Assembly: GCF_000009705.1 (NCBI RefSeq)
Contig: NC_003272.1
Coordinates: forward strand, 90,001 to 122,000
Direction of reading: 5' to 3'
DNA: 32,000 bases
DNA from: Nostoc sp. PCC 7120 = FACHB-418
GTDB lineage: Bacteria; Cyanobacteriota; Cyanobacteriia; Cyanobacteriales; Nostocaceae
Translations under genes and position numbers: made by a program
Notes under the pieces: model-generated
Seen by the model: the letters and a program-made list of their open reading frames with translations, nothing else
Databases searched by the model: none
Told to the model about the DNA's origin: nothing
Part shown: positions 9,384 to 15,948 of the stretch, in pieces
Numbering within the stretch: position 1 is the stretch's first letter
How the letters are laid out: each line of letters opens with the position of its first letter

Positions 9384-10262
9384 GTGTATTCATCTTCCAG
9401 CATTGAAGGTAATCTTTACGGTTTCTCAGCACAAGAACCTCAACGCGCCCCCATCGGCGTATTTGATAGTGGTGTAGGCGGGCTAACGGTACTGCGTCAA
9501 ATCTATCGCCAACTACCCAATGAATCGGTAATATACTTTGGTGACACAGCTAGACTACCTTACGGTATCCGCTCGCAAGCGGAGATTTTAACGTTTGTGC
9601 GTGACATCCTTGACTGGATGCAGCAACAACACGTCAAAATGGTAGTCATGGCTTGCAATACTAGTTCTGCCCTCGCTTTAGATATCGTTCGTGAGGAATA
9701 TGACTTTCCCATTCTTGGTGTCATCCTCCCTGGGGCTAAAGCCGCAGTACAGCAAGGTAAGCGTATTGGTGTAATTTCTACTCCAGCTACAGCCAAAAGT
9801 AATGCCTATCGTCAAGCAATTTGGGAAATAGACCCCAATGTCGAAGTCTGGCAAGTTGGTTGTCCGGAATTTGTTCCCCTAATTGAGCAAAACCGTATTC
9901 AAGACCCATACACCACAGAAGTAGCCAGGGCTTATTTAGAACCCCTAATTCAGCAAGATATTGATACTTTAGTTTATGGCTGTACCCATTATCCTTTGCT
10001 TGCGCCAGTACTGCGATCGCTACTCCCTCCCCAAGTCAAAATCATTGACCCTGCTGTTCACGTCGTCACAGCTTGTACCCAAGAATTAGACTTACTTGGA
10101 CTAAGCAACACTCACCCACCATTACCAACGCGCTTTGCCGTTAGTGGTTGTCCCCAACAGTTTTCTCAATCAGGAGTACATTGGTTAGGTTACACCCCAT
10201 TAGTTGAAGCCGTGGACTTTGCTGGCGTACCAGTTTCCCAACTTCAACAGGATTTGGCATAA
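9384..10262 (+). CDS. murI: Glutamate racemase
   Basis: 292 aa with the two catalytic Cys motifs of Asp/Glu racemases (VMACNTSSA and YGCTHYP) and the N-terminal IGVFDSGVGGLTV motif. The GTG start at 9384 is uncertain; no upstream ATG exists. Confidence 0.9.
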   Translation: MYSSSSIEGNLYGFSAQEPQRAPIGVFDSGVGGLTVLRQIYRQLPNESVIYFGDTARLPYGIRSQAEILTFVRDILDWMQQQHVKMVVMACNTSSALALDIVREEYDFPILGVILPGAKAAVQQGKRIGVISTPATAKSNAYRQAIWEIDPNVEVWQVGCPEFVPLIEQNRIQDPYTTEVARAYLEPLIQQDIDTLVYGCTHYPLLAPVLRSLLPPQVKIIDPAVHVVTACTQELDLLGLSNTHPPLPTRFAVSGCPQQFSQSGVHWLGYTPLVEAVDFAGVPVSQLQQDLA

Positions 10263-10274
10263 TTCGTAATTCCT

Positions 10275-10436
10275 AATTCGTAATGATTACCCTACAAATA
10301 GAAGCTCGTCTTGCTGTTTAACTATAAATTTTTGCTTCACGGTAGAGTATTTAGGCACTTGTCAGTAAATTTATTTGTGACAAAATTACCTAAATCAATT
10401 GCTTAGGCGCGCCGCTCCTGTAGGGTATTACGAATT
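10275..10436. repeat. Long-range inverted repeat pair (MITE-like or large hairpin) downstream of murI
   Basis: Left arm AATTCGTAAT-GATT-ACCCTACA (10275..10296) pairs with right arm TGTAGGGT-ATTACGAATT (10419..10436): 18 complementary nt with one 4-nt indel. A further AATTCGTAAT copy lies at 10261..10270. Confidence 0.45.
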
Positions 10437-10489
10437 CAAAATTAGTAGTTATAGCCTCACTAATCTTTATTTCAAATTATTACTAATAA

Positions 10490-10699
10490 CTATTGACTAT
10501 TGGCTATCTCAGTGACTGTAGGTGAAACAGACAATTGTTGTTGACTATTACTTGTAGCCACTACAGATCGATTATTAATATTAGATTTTTTCCCAGTTCG
10601 TTTAGCTAATCCTAATAATAGGTAAACTGTGAATAGGTATCCAGAAGCTAAAATAAAAATCATCATAGGCATATTCCCGTAAATCATTGTGCCACCCAC
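10490..10699 (-). CDS. Hypothetical small single-pass membrane protein
   Basis: 69-aa ORF with one clear TM segment (MPMMIFILASGYLFTVYLLLGLA) followed by a basic stretch (KRTGKK). No recognisable family. The start could be GTG 10699 or the internal ATG. Confidence 0.4.
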   Translation of the reverse strand: MGGTMIYGNMPMMIFILASGYLFTVYLLLGLAKRTGKKSNINNRSVVATSNSQQQLSVSPTVTEIANSQ

Positions 10700-11632
10700 A
10701 CTTTTTCAAATACATAATGAAATTGCATAAAATTAGCAAAACTTCAACCAACCAAGTTAACTCTTGATGGCCACATTTTGCATTGGCAAATCTTTCCGTA
10801 GAGTTTTAATTCTCTTTGCCCAACGGATTTACTATTTAATTGATTTTTGCAGACCATACATACGACAGCAAATTGGTCACTAAAATAGTGACTAACAAAG
10901 CTTGTCTCAGCAGCCTACCTAGTCCGCGTGAATTTTGCTGACATCTTATATCAGGAGCCATGCTTACGCTCAACGCAAGCTCGAAACTTGCAGCAACTTC
11001 TCCCATGAGAGTTGCCTAGCTCCAAATAAAGAGTTCTGATCATCAAGAAAAGAGACGAGAAAATACTTCCTTGATTCTATTCTTGACAATGCACTATTTT
11101 CGATTCGCCACGCGAGAAAATTAACATCACTTGAAAAGTGAGTTAATTTTGTGCGGTGAATACTTGAAAAATTTAAAATCCTTACATTTTAGCGTAACAC
11201 AACAACTCAAACTTTGAAGCCAACTTTGAGGCTAAATTTCAAAATTTCTAGATGGTTACACAGAGGTTAGAAGAACTTAGTCTTAACCTACAAATAACTA
11301 ATGTGTAAGAAGTAATAGTGAGGACAATGAGTATATATCTAAGGTTGTATTCCAGGCCACTAAAGATATGTGTCCTACAACTCAGATTTTTGAGATCCAC
11401 GAATTATCTGAAAACAACAAGGACTTTTTATTATTCCCCTAAATGTATAAAATTTTGCAAACTTAATTCTATTACGGTAAGTACTTAGCCGTCAGTCAAG
11501 TTCAGTAGACATTAACAAATTCCGGAAAGGGGGCAAATCAATTCAAAATTCAATAATTGTTTCTCAATCCCCCATCTCCAGTGCCTAATCTCCCATCCCA
11601 GCAGAGAAAATGAGAATATCCCAAGCAAAACC

Positions 11633-11660
11633 TTGCACAGGCACAGGCTTATCTTAAAAT
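11633..11660 (+). promoter_or_regulatory. Candidate sigma70-type promoter for sds
   Basis: TTGCAC (11633..11638), a 16-nt spacer, then TAAAAT (11655..11660), about 50 nt upstream of the ATG. Pattern match only. Confidence 0.3.
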
Positions 11661-11710
11661 GAGTATAGGATATGTAAACTTTCGTAACCAAAGTCAGAGT
11701 CCGCCAATCC

Positions 11711-12682
11711 ATGACCCCAGCCACCTCCCTGTTTACCCCTGTGGAAGCAGACCTGCGAATACTAGCAGATAACCTGAAACAGCTAGTTGGAAATCGCCAC
11801 CCCATTTTGTTTGCAGCAGCCGAGCATCTATTCGGAGCTGGGGGAAAGCGTATAAGACCAGCGATCGTGCTGCTGATATCACGAGCAACAATGTTAGACC
11901 AAGGCATTACACCGCGTCACCGCCGCCTAGCCGAGATTACAGAAATGATTCACACGGCCAGCTTAGTCCATGACGACGTGGTAGACGAATCTGAAGTGCG
12001 ACGAGGTGTCCCCACCGTTCATAGTTTGTTTGGCAATCGAATTGCAATTCTAGCAGGAGATTTTTTATTTGCTCAATCTTCCTGGTATTTAGCCAACTTG
12101 GATAATTTGCAAGTGGTGAAACTACTCTCAGAAGTCATTATGGATTTGGCTACTGGGGAAATTCAGCAGGGACTAAACCGCTTTGACGCGAGTATTTCCA
12201 TTGAGACTTATATCGAGAAGAGCTATTACAAAACAGCATCTTTAGTTGCTAACAGTTCTAAAGCAGCTGGTTTATTGAGTGAAGTGTCTCCAGAAACTGC
12301 CGAACATCTTTACGCCTATGGTCGTCATTTAGGCATAGCATTTCAAATTGTTGATGACATTTTAGATTTTACTAGCACTACGGATACCCTTGGTAAACCA
12401 GTAGGGTCGGATCTAAAAAGCGGTAATCTCACAGCGCCGGTTTTATTTGCTCTAGCAGAAAAACCATACCTAGAGGTGTTGATTGAACGAGAGTTTGCCC
12501 AAGAAGGAGATTTAGAGCAAGCACTAGAACTCATACAAGATAGTCAAGGCATACAGCAGTCAAGAGAGTTAGCTGCTCACCACACCAAGTTAGCAATTGA
12601 GCATTTGGCAACTCTGCCACCCTCAGAATCTCACCAAGCACTGATCAAGATAGCTGAATATGCAATAAGCCGATTGTATTAG
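11711..12682 (+). CDS. sds: All-trans-polyprenyl (solanesyl) diphosphate synthase
   Basis: 323 aa with both trans-prenyltransferase Asp-rich motifs (LVHDDVVDES and QIVDDILDF). Length and context fit the plastoquinone side-chain synthase. Confidence 0.9.
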   Translation: MTPATSLFTPVEADLRILADNLKQLVGNRHPILFAAAEHLFGAGGKRIRPAIVLLISRATMLDQGITPRHRRLAEITEMIHTASLVHDDVVDESEVRRGVPTVHSLFGNRIAILAGDFLFAQSSWYLANLDNLQVVKLLSEVIMDLATGEIQQGLNRFDASISIETYIEKSYYKTASLVANSSKAAGLLSEVSPETAEHLYAYGRHLGIAFQIVDDILDFTSTTDTLGKPVGSDLKSGNLTAPVLFALAEKPYLEVLIEREFAQEGDLEQALELIQDSQGIQQSRELAAHHTKLAIEHLATLPPSESHQALIKIAEYAISRLY

Positions 12683-12731
12683 CCGGATTTAAAAATTTCG
12701 ATTTTAAATGAGCGTTTTCTGACATTTACAA

Positions 12732-12779
12732 TTTTGGATGTGGGGTGTATTTAAAAAGTCCCACATCCAAAATTTTTTT
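12732..12779. terminator. Rho-independent terminator shared by convergent sds and ORF 12778..13251
   Basis: 13-bp perfect stem TTTTGGATGTGGG / CCCACATCCAAAA followed by a T7 tract on the + strand. The A/T-rich stem base gives a U-tract on the other strand too. Confidence 0.7.
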
Positions 12780-13251
12780 AGGCAATATTTGGGGGTATGG
12801 TTTTAAGCGATCGCTGCTTTTTTAACTGTTGCTGTATGCGTTTCTGGAAATCAGCCCGCCGTAATTCATATGTGTGAGTGGTCTTACCCGGCGTTTCCAA
12901 AAAAAGGATACTATCTACGGGTTCTAAAGCCACCAATTGGAACAAAATATGGGTAACTGGGGTGATCTGCCCACTAATGTGAGGGTCTAGCCCAGCAGGT
13001 GGGATTAGAGAAACATCCTGTATGGTAGGGAAAGCGTAAACAACACGCTTTTCAATTCCTGGGTTTGCTCGATTTCTCAATGTGGTCAAGACCCAGCTAC
13101 CTTCCGAATCTTGAAGAATGTAGTACTGGGTGTGACGTAATTTTTGAGCGATCGCTACAAGCAAAGGAGCAATTGCTGCAACAAGATGTGGCGTAACGCC
13201 ATCATTGGGTGCATTGTTAATCAGCAATTGTATTTGTGCTTCTAAATCCAT
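12778..13251 (-). CDS. Conserved hypothetical protein, divergent from hetZ
   Basis: 157-aa ORF with protein-like composition. It is bounded by a strong hairpin terminator at its 3' end. No recognisable domain. Confidence 0.7.
   Translation of the reverse strand: MDLEAQIQLLINNAPNDGVTPHLVAAIAPLLVAIAQKLRHTQYYILQDSEGSWVLTTLRNRANPGIEKRVVYAFPTIQDVSLIPPAGLDPHISGQITPVTHILFQLVALEPVDSILFLETPGKTTHTYELRRADFQKRIQQQLKKQRSLKTIPPNIA
12979..12996 (+). promoter_or_regulatory. Candidate HetR recognition sequence upstream of hetZ
   Basis: GTGAGGGTCTAGCCCAGC contains GGG-N5-CCC around a TCTA core and resembles the hetP HetR site GTGAGGGGTCTAACCCCTCAT (from memory). A TATGGT -10-like hexamer follows at 13021..13026. 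Confidence 0.55.
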
Positions 13252-13457
13252 AATTACTTGTCAACGGCTCCTGGGTAATGGCAATAACATTTATCAAAAT
13301 GTGATCTCTCCCACTAAAGTTGGGAATAATAAAATCAACCACATCCTCATTACAAGTTGGTATGCGTTTAGTTTATCCGCAAAACCATAAAGCCAATACC
13401 CACAGTCGTCACAGGTTGTATTTAAGTTTATGTTAGGGTCTAGTGAAAGCCGAGACT

Positions 13458-14663
13458 ATGAATTCAGCCGCAACAGCAACTATTCCAACCGCAAATCTTC
13501 TGGAAGAAAACTCTTTTGGTACAGAGGTCATCTTCAAACTGATTTACAAAGAGCTAAAACAGTTTACCAAAGCTTCCGACCAGAATTGTCATGATGTAGC
13601 AAATCGTATCACTACAGAAGTATACCGAATTTGCACCGAAAGTAAACGGATTCAAGCTTCTGGTGCTGTAGAAAGTTCAGCCATGACCCTAGCCAAGCAT
13701 CGGCTACAACAATGCTTGAGATATTATCAACAAGGTTCTAACCGAGGCAGAGTCGAACTACACAGTACACTCAGCGCTATTATTTATCGTTACATTAATC
13801 CCCCTCAGCGCCAATTAAGTTACCAAGGGCGACTGACTATCATAGAAGATTTCTTACAAAGTTTTTATTTAGAAGCATTAAACGCTTTCCGCCGCGAAAA
13901 TCAACTCGGCCCTACCTACCGTCCCCAAACTCTTCTAGAGTTGGCAGAGTATATGGCATTTACCGAGCGCTATGGTAAGCGCCGGATTCCCTTACCAGGA
14001 AGACAACAACAGTTGATTATCCTGCGGGCGCAAACTTTCTCCCAACAGCAACCACCAGAAACCAACGTCGATATCGAACAAGCCGCCGAAGGTAGCTCTA
14101 ATGATGGTGATGGTACATGGGAAGAACCAGCAGTACAGCGCTTACGCTCTGCAATGGCTACCCAACCAGAACCAGAACCAGAAGAAGACACCTTGCGTTC
14201 TGTAGTCATTACAGAATTAATGGACTATCTGGAGCAGAAACAACAATCTGACTGTGCTGATTACTTTTCTTTACGTCTTCAGGATATGTCAGCTCAAGAA
14301 ATTGAGAACGTTTTAGGTTTAACTCCACGTCAGCGAGATTACTTACAGCAACGCTTCAAGTATCATTTGATTCGGTTTGCTTTGTTACATCGCTGGGAAT
14401 TAGTCCACGAGTGGTTAGAAGCTTCCTTAAATACTAATTTGGGTTTGACTCCTCAACAATGGGAAGCTTACACAGCAGAGCTAGACGACAAACAAAGGTC
14501 TCTATTAGACTTGAAACAACAAGGTCAACCAGATGAAAAAATTGCCAAAACTTTAGGGTTATCAATGGCACAACTACAGAAACGGTGGTTTAAGATTTTA
14601 GAACAAGCTTGGGAAATTCGTAATTCCCTAGTGTCCGGATCAAGTGCATCCACTCATGAATAG
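13458..14663 (+). CDS. hetZ: Heterocyst differentiation regulator HetZ
   Basis: The ORF opens at GTG 13443, and the ATG at 13458 gives 401 aa. The C-terminal half carries two sigma-r4/LuxR-like HTH repeats (SAQEIENVLGLTPRQRDYLQQRF and PDEKIAKTLGLSMAQLQKRWFK). It is followed by the small patU5 and patU3 ORFs as in Anabaena; this recognition is from memory. Confidence 0.85.
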   Translation: MNSAATATIPTANLLEENSFGTEVIFKLIYKELKQFTKASDQNCHDVANRITTEVYRICTESKRIQASGAVESSAMTLAKHRLQQCLRYYQQGSNRGRVELHSTLSAIIYRYINPPQRQLSYQGRLTIIEDFLQSFYLEALNAFRRENQLGPTYRPQTLLELAEYMAFTERYGKRRIPLPGRQQQLIILRAQTFSQQQPPETNVDIEQAAEGSSNDGDGTWEEPAVQRLRSAMATQPEPEPEEDTLRSVVITELMDYLEQKQQSDCADYFSLRLQDMSAQEIENVLGLTPRQRDYLQQRFKYHLIRFALLHRWELVHEWLEASLNTNLGLTPQQWEAYTAELDDKQRSLLDLKQQGQPDEKIAKTLGLSMAQLQKRWFKILEQAWEIRNSLVSGSSASTHE

Positions 14664-14832
14664 TGACTCAGAATCTTTGCAACAGTACTTACTCGGTTTG
14701 TTGGCATCCACTGTCAACAAACGCGAGAATATTAGGGAAAGTTGCCAAGGAATCGATGGGGAAAATGCTATTCAACTTGCTACTTCACAAAGAGGTCAGC
14801 ATCATCTGAAAAGGCAGCCCCAAACCTTTTGA
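14656..14832 (+). CDS. patU5: PatU5 (5' fragment of a split patU)
   Basis: Small ORF whose ATG at 14656 overlaps the hetZ stop (ATGAATAG). An alternative GTG lies at 14644. It is in the same frame as patU3 and ends at TGA 14830..14832. Confidence 0.6.
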   Translation: MNSDSESLQQYLLGLLASTVNKRENIRESCQGIDGENAIQLATSQRGQHHLKRQPQTF

Positions 14833-14850
14833 TTAGGAGAAATTCCTACT

Positions 14851-15627
14851 GTGCAAGAACGTTTTCAAGCCGTAATCAAGCGTCGTTTACAGATTCACAT
14901 CGAAAACCACCCACCTCTATTTCCCTGGGAAAGCCAAATAGTGGATTACCCAGATTATATTGAAGAGCCGTCATTGGCTTTAGCTCCTAATTGGGGATGG
15001 TTAGCCCAGCAGACAAAACTGAATCTACCAGTAAATCTACCAGAAAGAGTTTTCCAAGAAATATTGGAAAAGTGTCAGCAGATGGTGGCATCTTCACTAC
15101 CCTTAGGAGCAAAATTAGTTCAGGTAGTGGAAGGTTTCTTTCCTAATGAGTCACAAACAATCAATGACTTAGCTGGGTTAGTACTGCGAACCAACTATCG
15201 ATCGCCAGAAACTCTGGATACAATGCCTAATATTCAGAGCGATTATGCAGATTTAGACTCTCGTCAACAAATGGCGTTGTCTTTGTTAGCTGCTAAACAG
15301 TTGCTAGCTAATTTAACCTTGCCCGTGTCAGCAACCCAACCAGTGGTAGAAAGACTTTGGCTGACTAGCCTTGGTGCTTTAACTTTGCGGGTAGAATACT
15401 ACACCAAAGGTGATGTTACCCAGTTAGTTGTCCACAGTGATTTACCTACTCAAGGAATCTTGACACTGCAAGGTAATGGCAGTATTGCGATCGCCCAGTC
15501 ATCAAGCCCAGGATGTCTGAGTGTAGAGTTAACCTGTAAACAACTCCAACCATCTTATACATTAGAGGTTGATTGTCCCGAACTCGATCAGCAACCATTG
15601 CTATTTGTCATTAATCCCGCAACATAG
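14851..15627 (+). CDS. patU3: PatU3 (3' fragment of a split patU), heterocyst pattern regulator
   Basis: 258 aa with a GTG start preceded by AGGAG (14835..14839). The position directly after hetZ-patU5 matches the Anabaena arrangement. No catalytic motifs. Confidence 0.8.
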   Translation: MQERFQAVIKRRLQIHIENHPPLFPWESQIVDYPDYIEEPSLALAPNWGWLAQQTKLNLPVNLPERVFQEILEKCQQMVASSLPLGAKLVQVVEGFFPNESQTINDLAGLVLRTNYRSPETLDTMPNIQSDYADLDSRQQMALSLLAAKQLLANLTLPVSATQPVVERLWLTSLGALTLRVEYYTKGDVTQLVVHSDLPTQGILTLQGNGSIAIAQSSSPGCLSVELTCKQLQPSYTLEVDCPELDQQPLLFVINPAT

Positions 15628-15850
15628 CTGAAATTACCACTGCTAGCACAATAGAGATGAAGGTAGAAAGAAGCTGGAGGTAATAAACCTTCTAGCATTT
15701 GCTTTTGTACCTTTTTCAACTGATGATTGATTAGCGCCAATCGATAAGTGGTTTTGCAGCTGATTTTTTCTCAATCAAGGGTCATTAGGGCTTCTACAAT
15801 AACCCGCAGCGAGAATGAAAATTTACAACTTACCCATACTCCCAAAATTT

Positions 15851-15900
15851 ACTTTCGGGGAGTTCCTGTTTTCTTAGAGGAACTTCCCGAAAGTTTGTAT
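15851..15900 (+). terminator. Strong hairpin plus T-rich tail between patU3 and the transglutaminase-like gene
   Basis: ACTTTCGGGGAGTTCCT / AGGAACTTCCCGAAAGT forms 17 bp including one G-U pair, with a 10-nt loop, followed by TTTGTAT. Confidence 0.5.
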
Positions 15901-15948
15901 CTATAAGCATCTACAAGCATCTACTTTATTTCTTGACTGACGATAGAA

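Noticed and set aside
11512-11907. 131-aa minus-strand ORF overlapping the sds start.
   Set aside because: Half of it is antisense to the well-supported sds N-terminus, and the rest runs through AT-rich spacer. It has no motifs.
13275-13288. GTAATGGCAATAAC as a possible NtcA site (GTA-N8-TAC) upstream of hetZ.
   Set aside because: The right half is AAC, not TAC, and no TAN3T -10 box sits at the required spacing of about 22 nt. I found no canonical GTA-N8-TAC in the intergenic regions I scanned by eye.
13205-13390. 61-aa plus-strand ORF in the hetZ leader as a possible uORF.
   Set aside because: It has a non-ATG start, no RBS and odd Asn/Ile-rich composition, and it partly overlaps the upstream gene's start in antisense. 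Most likely noise.
14634-14639. TCCGGA hexamers inside coding regions (9863, 14634, 18990, 19503, 25747) as DIF-type promoters.
   Set aside because: A palindromic 6-mer is expected several times by chance in 32 kb. None of these has a convincing -10 hexamer at 16-18 nt, although the one at the hetZ/patU5 junction is positionally tempting.
14742-14963. 73-aa ORF overlapping patU5 and patU3 in another frame.
   Set aside because: It is an alternative frame across two better-supported ORFs. The peptide is basic and Ser-rich, with no start context.
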